Shown one piece after another: positions 16,040 through 26,063 of a DNA stretch of 40,802 bases (its first letter is position 1; every line of letters starts with the position of its first letter). The position numbers and the translations under genes are program-made. Location of the stretch: positions 1 through 40,802 of IMG/VR virus record IMGVR_UViG_3300011339_000822; one strand, written 5' to 3'. The notes under the pieces are model-generated. The model was not told where the DNA came from, ran no database searches, and saw only the letters and a list, made by a program, of their open reading frames with translations. The stretch comes from a virus. Lineage: Duplodnaviria > Caudoviricetes.

Positions 16040-19000
16040 TTAACCTATACGCCAGTTAGTTCCGTCACACCAAACACATACAGTATTTGAACCGCCGTTA
16101 CCTACAATCTCACCAAAGTTTCCTACTGGTGCTAAGTTAGCGTCACTAACAAATGCTCTAAATCCTGCTACTGCATATTGACCGGATGGCAATGTATCTA
16201 CTGTTAGAACAGGACTTTGAGTAACTCCGGCTTCGGTAAACAAATAGTTTCTAGCATTGGTTGTTAATGTAACACCATTTACTGATGTTAGTCTATTTGG
16301 CAGTGTGAACTGAGTAATCTGAATAGGAGAAGTGGCTTCAGTTACAGTGAAATATCCAGCACTTCCACCTGTGTATGGGATAGAAACTGTAGTAGATATA
16401 GGACCACCTGGACCAACAAGTGTTATCGGATCACCTGCTTGCATCAATGCTAACACTCCTAACATATAAGTAGAAGATGCATTAGTGAATGTTACAGTTA
16501 TACCATCCCATTCTAAATCGTCATACTGATATAGTATATCAAATGTAACAGGTGGAATATTATTTGTTATTGCGCCACCTTCTGGTAGTGTTAAGTTACC
16601 ATCTGCGCTAAATGTCCATTGATGTGAGACATTAGCGGCACTTGTATAAATTGAAAAATTTGTGTCAACATTATTGAATAAAGCGAATTCATTGGGTGCT
16701 AAGGATCCGCCTAAAGAACTACCTTCAGGTGAGTATAGACCACCGTCTGCACTAAATGTCCATTGATTACTGTTAGCACCAGTGTTAGATTGTATAACAA
16801 CACCATTAGCACCAGCCAAAGTTGCTGTGTTAGTAGTATAGTCTAATCCTAAGTTTACTTTGTACGGGTCTGCAAAGTTAGCAGTCAATCCTGATGTACC
16901 TGCACCTAGTGTCCATACAGCACCACCGCCCGGGATAGTTAAGTTACCATCTGTGCCAAACGTCCAGGTATTGCCAGCGCCGTTGGAATCAGTATAGATT
17001 ACTACATTGCTGTGGGCATAGACATTTGCGTCAGAGTCGCCATAGACCTGAATGCCTGATGTGTTGCTGTCAGAATTGGCTTCGAGTCTGATGCCATTGC
17101 CGGCCACTATGGTCGTGGTATCTGGCAAGGTCAAGTTACCATCATTACTAAACTGCCATGTTGCCAGCACATTGCTTGCGTTACCGTACTCAGTAAGAAC
17201 CAAACTTATGTCAGGAGAATAAATTCGTATGCCGCCCATTTCACTTTGGATTTTTGTTTCAGCAGTTGTATCAAAAGTTATACCATGGCTGTCGCCTGGT
17301 AAAGTTAGATTACCATCTGTGCCAAAGTCCCATAGACTAGGACCAGTGTTACCACCATTTTGTCCTACTGCGATTCTAACAATGCCTGATCCTGGAATCG
17401 GATTAGCGTATACTGCCGCTATATTACTAGTGCCGATATTACCGATATCTTCTACCCATACTGATGATACAGCACCATTGGCTCCTGATGATATTGCTAG
17501 CAACGGTTTATCATCATTTGGTTGTATCAATGCGGAAACTGTGCCAAACACATTAGCGTTACCTGCTATTACAAGATTGCCTGGTAAGTTAAACTTACCA
17601 GTTGTGTCAAAACTCCAAGTATCGCCATTGCCATTAGAATCGTCAGTGTTAATTACTACGTTGCCGTTGGCTTCTAATTTTACAAACTTATTGTCAGCCC
17701 CAAAGTATTGGTCATAATAAGCATTGTTGCCTGTATCAAGGTGAATGTGTGTAGGATAGTCACCACCACGTACTCTTAAGTATTGTAGATTTGCTGTGCT
17801 ATTTGTACCCGGAGCAAGATATAATCCGCCACCGCCGTATTCATCACCGGTGCCTATTACTACTTGATTGTCAAATGTAACGTTGCCTGTGTTACCGCTA
17901 CCACCAATTGATACTTGTGTACCGTTAGCATAGTTAACTGCAAAAGTATTACCTGGTAATGTTAAGTTGCCAGTGCCATCAAATCTCCAAATCTTTGTAG
18001 CAAAACCATCACCTAAATCATCTGATAATGATATTCTATAAGTTGCGTTGCCTAATTCTGAATTAAATGCTAACTCGCCTCCGCTGGTATTAGCATTGCC
18101 TACTTCGTCAAGATAATTTACTAAGAATCCGCCGTCACTACCAGTAACATTAAACGCTACTGTTGTATTATTGTTTGCTGTAATATCGCCGGGCACCGTA
18201 CCGATAGACATATTGCCTACCTTAATCGCTCCTGGTGCAGTGAGATTACCACCTTGGTCAAAGATCCAAGGTTGATTACTTGCTGTATAAAGATTGATAT
18301 TGCCTAGGTTAGAGACCATATCAATATCACCACCGACACCTGAACCGATGTTGATTGTAGTATTACCGTTAGCAAGTCCTTGTAACTGTAATGCTCCACT
18401 ACCGTGTATATTTTGTGGTACTGTTAGTGTGCCGGTGTTGTCAAATACCCACTGACTTGAACCTGCCTCAACTAGAACATTACCGTATCCTGGCAAGCCT
18501 ATTGCTGATTGACCGCCTCTAACTGTTACTGCACCACCGTTGGCTGATTGACTATAACCACCTTGTAGTAATATGTTAGCACCATTAATGTTTCCACCAC
18601 CAGATTGACCGGCTTGAATTTGAATATTACCGCCGATACCACTACCACTTGATCCGCCGGTGATGTTAACATAACCACCGTAACCATTTGAACTATATCC
18701 ACCATCAATATTGACATAACCAGCATTGTCAGCACCATCACCGCCGGCTAAATTGATATAGCCACCTGAGCCAGTAGCACCATCACTATCGCCTGCGTAA
18801 ATCTTAATGTCACCTCCATTGGTATCTGCGTCACCTGCCCAGAGGTAAACATCGCCACCTTCACTGAACTGACCGTTACCACGTTGACCTTGAATGATTA
18901 ATCGTTGTGCGTTAATATTTGCTGATGGAGTAGGACCTGTGATAACTGCTTGTTGGGTATCATCACCAAACTGTAATGTTTGTGCAGTTTGGTTGCCACC

Positions 19001-20512
19001 GTTGTGTAAATCTACAGTTAATGTTGGGAATATTGTGCCACCACCATTAGTAAAGGTCCAATTATAATCAAGTTCGGTGATAGGGTCACTTACACCGATG
19101 CCTACCAATTTATCTGCGCTACTTATTCCTACCCTAGCAATATTATTACCACCTGCATCATAACTGTTCAATCCTAAGAAGCCATTAGGACAAGTATTGA
19201 ATTGAGTTGTATTGCCGTATATAGCAATATTAGCGTCATTGGGTAATGTAAGATTTCCATCACTATCAAATGTCCAAATGCCACCTACATTACCGGTATT
19301 AGAGCTCCAAGACTGAACATACACATTGCCGTCCCAACTGACTAGCACATTGGCATCATTGTCTTTTCCTAATATAAGATTTGCGTTGGCGCTAGCAACA
19401 AGATGAAGGTCTGGTCCAGATGTTAAGAAGATATCTAAATATGAACCACTATTAGCAGGATCTGGCTGTAAGTTTAAGTTTCCTGTACCAATGATATTAA
19501 TGTTATCAAATGTAACATTACCTGTATTAGCATTACCGCCTCCTGATGCCGGAGCAAAAACTCCGTTACCGTATAATACATTACTAGAACTACCACTCAG
19601 TGATATTGTAGCAATATTTCCTAGACCAATGACATTAGCAGCCGCTACTGCAAATGCAGTATTAGCAACGTTAGCATTAGGAACAAACCCACTTACATTT
19701 GCACCTGCAATATTTGTTAAGTTAGCACCACTACCAATAAAATAGTTTGCAGTAACACTATTACCACCGGTAATTGAAGTGTACGCTGTTAAGTAACTAA
19801 CATTGGCTCTAATAACATTAAGAATATTATTACCAGCATCATATGTAAAATTACCCTGACCAGCAAAGGCACCGTTGTTATTAAATTGAACTTGCGTGGT
19901 AGAACCACCGGGTGTGCCATTACCACTACCACCAAATACATAACCATTGGCATAGTAATAGTGATCGGTATAAATTGCATTAGGTCTTATATTACCACTG
20001 GCATTTACATTTATAGCATTCACATTACCGTAGATAGTTGCAGACGATGCGGCAAAGTTTACTGTGTTTAATTGATTGTTACTTGCATCCCATGTTAAGC
20101 CTGGATTACCATCAAAGTTACCGGCATTATTAAATTGAAGTTGGCTATTCGCACCTCCTACTTCACCATTACCGGAACCACCACCGGCTACCCATGAAAG
20201 ATTGCCAGCACCGTCAGTCTGTAAATATTGACCGTTGTCACCACCTGTAATTTTTAAAGTACCAACACTCAAAGTACCAACACTAGTGATATTTGGTTGT
20301 GCGGCATTTGCTACACTGTATGCTATGGTAGAAAGAAATGCAGGCTCTAATGTATTGCCTGCTTGTGTTAATATAAAATTAGCTACATTGCCAACTGCTA
20401 CTTTAGCAGTAATTGCCGTACCAGTAGTATTAACTACCGGTAATATGGTTGATGCTGAAAGGCCATTACCTATACTTGGCAGTTGCGTTATTTTTATTGT
20501 TGTATTTGCCAT
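16040..20512 (-). CDS. Large tail-fibre/receptor-binding-like virion protein (1490 aa)
   Basis: IKITQLP N-terminus, Gly/Asn/Thr-rich, 11 WxFxxxGxLTxP-type repeats, Gly-rich GGxVxIxGG region, C-terminal VWCDGTNWRIG. Confidence 0.75.
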   Translation of the reverse strand: MANTTIKITQLPSIGNGLSASTILPVVNTTGTAITAKVAVGNVANFILTQAGNTLEPAFLSTIAYSVANAAQPNITSVGTLSVGTLKITGGDNGQYLQTDGAGNLSWVAGGGSGNGEVGGANSQLQFNNAGNFDGNPGLTWDASNNQLNTVNFAASSATIYGNVNAINVNASGNIRPNAIYTDHYYYANGYVFGGSGNGTPGGSTTQVQFNNNGAFAGQGNFTYDAGNNILNVIRANVSYLTAYTSITGGNSVTANYFIGSGANLTNIAGANVSGFVPNANVANTAFAVAAANVIGLGNIATISLSGSSSNVLYGNGVFAPASGGGNANTGNVTFDNINIIGTGNLNLQPDPANSGSYLDIFLTSGPDLHLVASANANLILGKDNDANVLVSWDGNVYVQSWSSNTGNVGGIWTFDSDGNLTLPNDANIAIYGNTTQFNTCPNGFLGLNSYDAGGNNIARVGISSADKLVGIGVSDPITELDYNWTFTNGGGTIFPTLTVDLHNGGNQTAQTLQFGDDTQQAVITGPTPSANINAQRLIIQGQRGNGQFSEGGDVYLWAGDADTNGGDIKIYAGDSDGATGSGGYINLAGGDGADNAGYVNIDGGYSSNGYGGYVNITGGSSGSGIGGNIQIQAGQSGGGNINGANILLQGGYSQSANGGAVTVRGGQSAIGLPGYGNVLVEAGSSQWVFDNTGTLTVPQNIHGSGALQLQGLANGNTTINIGSGVGGDIDMVSNLGNINLYTASNQPWIFDQGGNLTAPGAIKVGNMSIGTVPGDITANNNTTVAFNVTGSDGGFLVNYLDEVGNANTSGGELAFNSELGNATYRISLSDDLGDGFATKIWRFDGTGNLTLPGNTFAVNYANGTQVSIGGSGNTGNVTFDNQVVIGTGDEYGGGGLYLAPGTNSTANLQYLRVRGGDYPTHIHLDTGNNAYYDQYFGADNKFVKLEANGNVVINTDDSNGNGDTWSFDTTGKFNLPGNLVIAGNANVFGTVSALIQPNDDKPLLAISSGANGAVSSVWVEDIGNIGTSNIAAVYANPIPGSGIVRIAVGQNGGNTGPSLWDFGTDGNLTLPGDSHGITFDTTAETKIQSEMGGIRIYSPDISLVLTEYGNASNVLATWQFSNDGNLTLPDTTTIVAGNGIRLEANSDSNTSGIQVYGDSDANVYAHSNVVIYTDSNGAGNTWTFGTDGNLTIPGGGAVWTLGAGTSGLTANFADPYKVNLGLDYTTNTATLAGANGVVIQSNTGANSNQWTFSADGGLYSPEGSSLGGSLAPNEFALFNNVDTNFSIYTSAANVSHQWTFSADGNLTLPEGGAITNNIPPVTFDILYQYDDLEWDGITVTFTNASSTYMLGVLALMQAGDPITLVGPGGPISTTVSIPYTGGSAGYFTVTEATSPIQITQFTLPNRLTSVNGVTLTTNARNYLFTEAGVTQSPVLTVDTLPSGQYAVAGFRAFVSDANLAPVGNFGEIVGNGGSNTVCVWCDGTNWRIG

Positions 20513-20525
20513 TTAATTATCCTAA

Positions 20526-21626
20526 TTATGCAAAGGCTACGCCATTCTGTCCAATACAGAACCACTTACTGTTAATGTATTGTAATGTACATCCATCACC
20601 TATATCACCAAATGTGATTGTACCTGTTCCTGAACTTTTCCAGCCAGCGTTAGTAACTGTGATAACCATGTCACCACCATCAACCACCATCATAAATGTT
20701 TTTATTTGTCCCGCAGTACCTGCGGCTAATGTTGCAGTGCTTGGTGCCGTAGTAGTAAAATAACTTGCGGTAACTGTTAAACTAGCGGCAGAACCACTGG
20801 CAAGATTCTCACTGCCACTTAATAACAATCTACCTGTTATTGCTACGTTAGCAGGTATCTCAACGTTCATTGTACCAGTACTTGTGACTGGACTATTTGT
20901 AACTGTTAGTGAAGAACTAGATAATCCCACACTAGTTACCGTACCACCTGTAACTGTAGCAGACACAGTAATGTTACCATTACTACCGCTTAAGTTAATA
21001 CCACTACCTGCACTTAATCGTGTTACGCCAGTATTAATGATATTGATGTTTCCAGAAGTAGTTACTGGACCACCGGACACTTGTATACCTACGCCACTCG
21101 TAGTTAAATTCACACTTGATACTGTACCTACTGAAGATGCATTTGCAATAGTAGTGACTCTACCATATTGGTCAACTGTAACAGTTGGATATGTATATGT
21201 CCCTGCTAAGTTAGCAAAACTTGGTAAATTGACTATAATATTACCGGAACTAACAATATTACCGCTACTGGTAGTATTAACAGTTAGTGTAGAAGAATCA
21301 ACACCTACGCTAGTAACTGTGCCGCTACTCCCGTTCCCGCCACCATTACTTGAGATAGTAACATTTCCGTTACTGCTACTGAGTGATATTCCAGTACCGG
21401 CTAGAATATTTACTACGCCGGTATTTGTAATAGTGACTACGCCGGTAGTTGAATTGGCAGTAGTTGATATGCCTGCATCACCGTTGAATATGTTATATGG
21501 GCTAGCATTAGCGAATAACGTATTGAAGTTTGTTACAGTTTTGTTAAATGCGGAGTATAATGAATCACTCCCAGACGATTCGTTGGGTAATCCTACTTGT
21601 ATAACCTGTATTCCAGAAATTGCCAT
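20526..21626 (-). CDS. Fibre/baseplate-associated structural protein
   Basis: N-terminal IQVGLPNESSGSDSLYSAFNKTVTNF (T4-like fibre/baseplate attachment pattern), repeated GTVTSV and AGxGIxLS units. Confidence 0.7.
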   Translation of the reverse strand: MAISGIQVIQVGLPNESSGSDSLYSAFNKTVTNFNTLFANASPYNIFNGDAGISTTANSTTGVVTITNTGVVNILAGTGISLSSSNGNVTISSNGGGNGSSGTVTSVGVDSSTLTVNTTSSGNIVSSGNIIVNLPSFANLAGTYTYPTVTVDQYGRVTTIANASSVGTVSSVNLTTSGVGIQVSGGPVTTSGNINIINTGVTRLSAGSGINLSGSNGNITVSATVTGGTVTSVGLSSSSLTVTNSPVTSTGTMNVEIPANVAITGRLLLSGSENLASGSAASLTVTASYFTTTAPSTATLAAGTAGQIKTFMMVVDGGDMVITVTNAGWKSSGTGTITFGDIGDGCTLQYINSKWFCIGQNGVAFA

Positions 21627-21670
21627 GATTTAATCCTTATTATGTATTTATCAATAAGGATCAAATCATG
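21624..21670 (-). promoter_or_regulatory. RBS-sequestering hairpin with a late-promoter motif in its loop
   Basis: mRNA CAUGAUUUGAUCCUUAUU-[GAUAAAUACAU]-AAUAAGGAUUAAAUCAUG forms an 18-bp stem (one G-U) covering the SD and AUG. Confidence 0.75.
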
Positions 21671-21671
21671 T

Positions 21672-21995
21672 TTATCCTGGATTAAAGCTACTCCCGCAAC
21701 CGCATGTTGATTCTGCTTTTGGATTTTTGATATTGAATCTTGAACCCTGTAAGTCATCTACGTAGTCAATCTCGGCACCAGTTACATACTGTGCCGACAT
21801 ACTGTCAATTAGTACACTGGTCCCACCTGAGGTAATCTCAAAATCATCCTCATTTTTTACTTCATCTATGGTAAAACCATACGAAAATCCAGAACATCCT
21901 CCACCTTGGATGAACATTCTTAGTCGAGATTCAGGTGTCTCATCTATTAAGATTTCTTTAATTTTTTCTTGTGCTGATTCAGTAATTGTTATCAT
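21672..21995 (-). CDS. erpA: Iron-sulfur cluster insertion protein ErpA/IscA (HesB family)
   Basis: [29 protein letters not shown] and STCGCGSSF. Confidence 0.9.
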   Translation of the reverse strand: MITITESAQEKIKEILIDETPESRLRMFIQGGGCSGFSYGFTIDEVKNEDDFEITSGGTSVLIDSMSAQYVTGAEIDYVDDLQGSRFNIKNPKAESTCGCGSSFNPG

Positions 21996-22009
21996 AACAC
22001 ATATTTATC

Positions 22010-22756
22010 TTATTTCATTAACCTATTAACTTCTATGTGATTTAGTAATGTTTTGGCAAATGCGTCATGTGATTTGATACCTGCATGACTTAAATCTCTA
22101 GCCCTATCAAGTCCCGGCATATGTAAATCGTGAACACCGTAACCTTGTTGACCACCAAAGTTAAAAGGTATCATCGGACACGGAGAACAAGTTTTTAACA
22201 ATTCGTGTGTCATGGCTTTCCTTGCATAAAACATTCCGGTATTTTCAGCATTCACTATAAATGATACCTGTTCAGGAGCGGTGTGCCATGATCCTCGCTC
22301 TAATCCACGCTGTGTCTTAAAATCATACTCAACATATCTACTATGATCTGGCCATTGTACTAGAACTAGTTTAGGTTTTTTATTTATGGTAAAAAACCAA
22401 GTTAATAAATTGTACTCTACTACATCTATACCAGTAGCAGGAACAGCTAAATTGTAATAATCTACTCCCAATTCTTTGCTGACTATATAGGGATAAGTTT
22501 TTTCTAACTCTAGTCCCACACCCATTGTATGACTGCATCCTATAAATAGAATATAATTATCTTGGTCTATATCTTTAAAATTTTTAGACCGATGGCCTTG
22601 ATTGTTAAAGGAGTATGTTAATGTTTTATTATGATAATACCAATCAGATGGCTGTGCCGCTGAATTTTTATTGAATTGTGCAGTTGAATCTCCACCGACA
22701 AAATTGTAGATAACGTTAGACACATCACTTCCTAAAAAATCATTATAAAGTTTCAT
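22010..22756 (-). CDS. SGNH-like hydrolase
   Basis: FIGCSHTMGVG, YNLAVPATG and RARDLSHAG motifs. Confidence 0.65.
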   Translation of the reverse strand: MKLYNDFLGSDVSNVIYNFVGGDSTAQFNKNSAAQPSDWYYHNKTLTYSFNNQGHRSKNFKDIDQDNYILFIGCSHTMGVGLELEKTYPYIVSKELGVDYYNLAVPATGIDVVEYNLLTWFFTINKKPKLVLVQWPDHSRYVEYDFKTQRGLERGSWHTAPEQVSFIVNAENTGMFYARKAMTHELLKTCSPCPMIPFNFGGQQGYGVHDLHMPGLDRARDLSHAGIKSHDAFAKTLLNHIEVNRLMK

Positions 22757-23376
22757 GGTCTATTTTGTACCTTTACTTTATTAAATTCTGCAATTATCAG
22801 TTCACTTATTGTTTTGTGGTCAAACAAATCACCGTCATGTTTTATGTTAATGGTATTATTTTTAAATGCAGGTATTTTATCTTTAAACACTATCTGATAT
22901 ATAGGGGCCTTAATAAGATTAGATAACAATTTGTCTGTAAAATATTGTCTTGTTAAAAAATAGTTTGTTGTATTTCCAGCATCTAATACTGATCGAACTT
23001 TCTCGTTGTTCAAATCACATGGATCAAATCTAGTATAATTTTGGTCAGTTACAAGAAAAGAGTTTAGAAATTCATTACTAATGATAATAGCACGTGGCTT
23101 TTGAGGTATCTTGTGATACCAGGTAATTAAATTATATCTTAGAGAATCAAGACCACCATTGAAAATAGATAGGTTGTAGTAGTCTATTTTAAGTGCGTTG
23201 CTAGTTAAATAAGGATAGGTTTCTTCTATCGGTGTTCCCCACCCTACTCCAACATTATCTCCTGCAAAAAGAATATAATTATGTAAATTAATTTCTTCAA
23301 TCTCTTTGCATCTATGACCCCGAGAATTAAAGATATCTGCTAGTTCGTGACCTAAAAGACTATCATAAAATTGCAT
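22753..23376 (-). CDS. Degenerate SGNH-like paralog
   Basis: FNSRGHRCKE...NYILFAGDNVGVG...TYPY...DYYNL parallels the adjacent gene; the nucleophile Ser appears replaced by Asn. Confidence 0.6.
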   Translation of the reverse strand: MQFYDSLLGHELADIFNSRGHRCKEIEEINLHNYILFAGDNVGVGWGTPIEETYPYLTSNALKIDYYNLSIFNGGLDSLRYNLITWYHKIPQKPRAIIISNEFLNSFLVTDQNYTRFDPCDLNNEKVRSVLDAGNTTNYFLTRQYFTDKLLSNLIKAPIYQIVFKDKIPAFKNNTINIKHDGDLFDHKTISELIIAEFNKVKVQNRP

Positions 23377-23591
23377 TACCTACGCCTTGTAATTCTTCCT
23401 TTTGTCAGGTCGTATGGGCTAAACTCAACTTCTACTGTATCTCCTAGTAGAATTTTAATATCATGTTTACGCATTTTGCCTGATATGTAACCAGTCACCG
23501 TGGGTCCACTGGTTAAGATTACTCTAAAGACAGCATTGGGTAATACATCTATTACCTTGCCATCCATCTTAATACCTTCTTCTTTTGCCAT
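23376..23591 (-). CDS. infA: Translation initiation factor IF-1
   Basis: [24 protein letters not shown]...[35 protein letters not shown]. Confidence 0.95.
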   Translation of the reverse strand: MAKEEGIKMDGKVIDVLPNAVFRVILTSGPTVTGYISGKMRKHDIKILLGDTVEVEFSPYDLTKGRITRRR

Positions 23592-23619
23592 TTTGTTTTT
23601 CTTTAAACTCCTTTAAATC

Positions 23620-24015
23620 TTATCCACGGCGCATCTTTGCAATATCAATTGCATCTTGATCGCAGAACACCGGGACTGCATTGCTCTTATGTAATTGACC
23701 AATGCCTATCATTTTTGTACCTGTATATACAGGAGATGCTTTATATGTACCTGCACCTTCTCCACCTGTATTGAGTGAGGGAATATGTGCGGTAGTACGT
23801 CCGGGAGGTGCAGATAACTTATATTGCAATGGCTCAGCCGATAAAGCACGTTTGCGCTTTTTATCGTCGGCATCAACTTCCCATTTTTTCTGTAGTTCTT
23901 TCCAGTCGGCATCAAGTTGTCGAGCCTTTTGAGCCTCTGCACTGTTTCGAAACTTAATCTTGCCTTTACGTTTACCACCGGTACTAAGCCAGGGTCCTTC
24001 TAAATGCATGGTCAT
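23620..24015 (-). CDS. Conserved phage hypothetical protein
   Basis: YTGTKMIGIGQLHKSNAVPVF motif. Confidence 0.75.
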   Translation of the reverse strand: MTMHLEGPWLSTGGKRKGKIKFRNSAEAQKARQLDADWKELQKKWEVDADDKKRKRALSAEPLQYKLSAPPGRTTAHIPSLNTGGEGAGTYKASPVYTGTKMIGIGQLHKSNAVPVFCDQDAIDIAKMRRG

Positions 24016-24047
24016 GATGTGTGGGTCATAGTTATTAAACAGTTTCT

Positions 24048-24076
24048 AGTATAGCAGATTGTGGATTATTTGTCAA
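24048..24076 (-). promoter_or_regulatory. sigma70 promoter
   Basis: Minus strand TTGACA-17 bp-TATACT. Confidence 0.8.
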
Positions 24077-24079
24077 ATC

Positions 24080-24505
24080 TTAACGCTTTAAGATTGCCCA
24101 AACTTTCTCTTTTTCGATGATTTCGGCTTCAAGTTCTTTATAGCGTTTGCCCAATTCTTTTAGTTCATCCCATCTATCTTCTAGTTCAGGATTTGGGTGA
24201 AGTATTGCCAATCGTTCTTCAATCTTAGCAAACATATCAGCTATGTTCTTGCCCTTGATAGTAACTTCCCCGTCAAACTCAGCGTCACCTTTAACCTGTA
24301 ATGTATTGCCTTGTAAATTTGGGTCTGCTGAAATAGTTGCCCAACCAGTACTAGAACCATTAGAAGTTAATACTTGGTTTTGACTAGTATTCGTTGCCCA
24401 ATATAGACCAGTAGACATAGTATCTGTTGAAGTAATTGTGTATCCGCCCGTTGACGGGCTGTTAATTGTTATTGTGTCATTCATATTTGGGTAATTGTGT
24501 GTCAT
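24080..24505 (-). CDS. Hypothetical protein
   Basis: Ser/Thr-rich N-terminus, coiled C-terminus IEERLAILHPNPELE. Confidence 0.7.
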   Translation of the reverse strand: MTHNYPNMNDTITINSPSTGGYTITSTDTMSTGLYWATNTSQNQVLTSNGSSTGWATISADPNLQGNTLQVKGDAEFDGEVTIKGKNIADMFAKIEERLAILHPNPELEDRWDELKELGKRYKELEAEIIEKEKVWAILKR

Positions 24506-24687
24506 ATTTTCTTTAATATATAATGCCCATTTTCGTCTAATCCAAAATCAATAGTGTCGCCCTCTTTCCAGCCCATTTGATCTAGTAATGTTTGTGGGAT
24601 AGGTACAAGAACATCTCCGGAGTCTGGATCTTCTTGGGTAATAACTTCGTATCGTGTGTTGTTTTTTCCGGGATTAGGTAATGCCAT
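24502..24687 (-). CDS. AbrB/MazE/SpoVT-like DNA-binding protein
   Basis: EDPDSGDVLVPIPQTLLDQMGWKEGDTIDF. Confidence 0.7.
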   Translation of the reverse strand: MALPNPGKNNTRYEVITQEDPDSGDVLVPIPQTLLDQMGWKEGDTIDFGLDENGHYILKKI

Positions 24688-24692
24688 ATAAA

Positions 24693-25253
24693 TTATTTAT
24701 TATTTAAGTATGGTGCATAAATCTTTTCTAGTTCACTGATAGTATGGTCAGTGTTACTATCCTCGTGTTTTACAGCAATGCCACCTGCATCACTCCAAGC
24801 ATTAAGATACTTACCAAAATCATCTACTAGTACGTTTACATCATCACCGTTCTTTGCGTATTTGTATTTGGCACTAGTAAAGATAGCATTACTACTTGTG
24901 CCTGGATTGAATTTATCTAACCAATCACGCTTTGCATCAATGCTGTTCTTAGAGTATGGCCCTCGTAATGGAGCACTCAATACCGTAAACGGAATCTTGT
25001 TTTTATGTAACCATTGAATAATTGCTTGTCCACCATTTAATGGGCCTAAACCACGAAAAAAATTATATACTTCTTCCGGACCACTATGTGCCAATTCATT
25101 AATAGCATCTTCTGGATGGGCTATTTCTTTATAATGGTTTAGACCGTGCCGCTTCGCCCAAGCTCCAAAGAAATCAGCTTGTACTCCATCCATATCTAAG
25201 TATAGATGCGGCATCTTTTTGTTTGTGTCTTCCATTAAATCCCTAATTTTCAT
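24693..25253 (-). CDS. HAD 5'(3')-deoxyribonucleotidase-like protein
   Basis: LYLDMDGVQADF, VLSAP, KxxWL and LVDD motifs. Confidence 0.8.
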   Translation of the reverse strand: MKIRDLMEDTNKKMPHLYLDMDGVQADFFGAWAKRHGLNHYKEIAHPEDAINELAHSGPEEVYNFFRGLGPLNGGQAIIQWLHKNKIPFTVLSAPLRGPYSKNSIDAKRDWLDKFNPGTSSNAIFTSAKYKYAKNGDDVNVLVDDFGKYLNAWSDAGGIAVKHEDSNTDHTISELEKIYAPYLNNK

Positions 25254-25648
25254 TAACTCTCTCCTGACCTCGCGGTCTTGATATCTTCTGGGTCAATCTT
25301 TTTCTTTTTAACAATAGGTTGTTTTGCAAGATTATCAGCTTCATCTAGTGCTTCGTGAAATTTAGCATTAGCTTGTGCTTCAACTTTTTGTGTTTCCATA
25401 ACACGGTCTGATTCAATCATTTTACCACGTAAGTGTAACACAGTATTGACTTTCTGATTTAATCGTATCAAATCATTATCTAACATACGAATGCGGTCAA
25501 TTAATGCAATCAACACAGCATTAGCGTCATTGATAACTGGTTTAACTTCTTTTGTAGCCCATTCCCAAACATATTTGATAATGAAACCCATACCAACTGC
25601 CATGACAATTGGAAAACCATACTTATTAATTAGTGTTACTATATCCAT
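25253..25648 (-). CDS. Single-TM membrane protein, YvrJ-like GFPI motif (paralog A)
   Basis: INKYGFPIVMAVGMGFII...LIDRIRMLDNDLIRL. Confidence 0.7.
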   Translation of the reverse strand: MDIVTLINKYGFPIVMAVGMGFIIKYVWEWATKEVKPVINDANAVLIALIDRIRMLDNDLIRLNQKVNTVLHLRGKMIESDRVMETQKVEAQANAKFHEALDEADNLAKQPIVKKKKIDPEDIKTARSGES

Positions 25649-25651
25649 ATT

Positions 25652-25867
25652 TTACTCTCTTTTCTTATTATTATCAATGTTTTCGGTAATGCCTGTTAGC
25701 AAAAATGCTTCCAACTCATCGACCCTTACAAGTATCTTTCTACCTTCTGAATTTTCTATTATTTTCCAGTAATCTCCTTTTTTCCAATTCAATTGATCTG
25801 TGTTTAATTCTGGATCTGGAATCATCAATGTGGGACTTAAGTCCCAGTTATAGTCAATATATAACAT
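25652..25867 (-). CDS. Hypothetical protein
   Basis: 71 aa ORF in operon; LNWKKGD is weakly AbrB-like. Confidence 0.65.
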   Translation of the reverse strand: MLYIDYNWDLSPTLMIPDPELNTDQLNWKKGDYWKIIENSEGRKILVRVDELEAFLLTGITENIDNNKKRE

Positions 25868-26063
25868 ATCCGTCTGCCTGTGCTTCGTTAACTATTGGAC
25901 ATACTTCACTATACTTTAATAAAAATTCTGTCATTATAATACCTTCTGGAACCCAAAATCTAGTACGATTTAAATGTGGTTCAAATTTTAGTTTCTTATT
26001 TGATACCCACTCAACAACTTCTAAAAATCTTTCATTTCTGGTGTGAACACAGTATTGATTCAT
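25854..26063 (-). CDS. Hypothetical protein
   Basis: 69 aa ORF, TAATG-coupled to the upstream gene. Confidence 0.65.
   Translation of the reverse strand: MNQYCVHTRNERFLEVVEWVSNKKLKFEPHLNRTRFWVPEGIIMTEFLLKYSEVCPIVNEAQADGYVIY

Noticed and set aside
17229-17717. 162-aa + strand ORF (also 19491-19745 and 20235-20516)
   Set aside because: Antisense to the 1490-aa fibre gene and explained by its codon bias.
20884-21633. 249-aa + strand ORF
   Set aside because: Antisense shadow of the Gly/Ser/Thr-rich structural gene; no RBS or recognisable motifs.
24502-24687. MazEF-type toxin-antitoxin module
   Set aside because: No adjacent toxin-like gene for either AbrB-like ORF.
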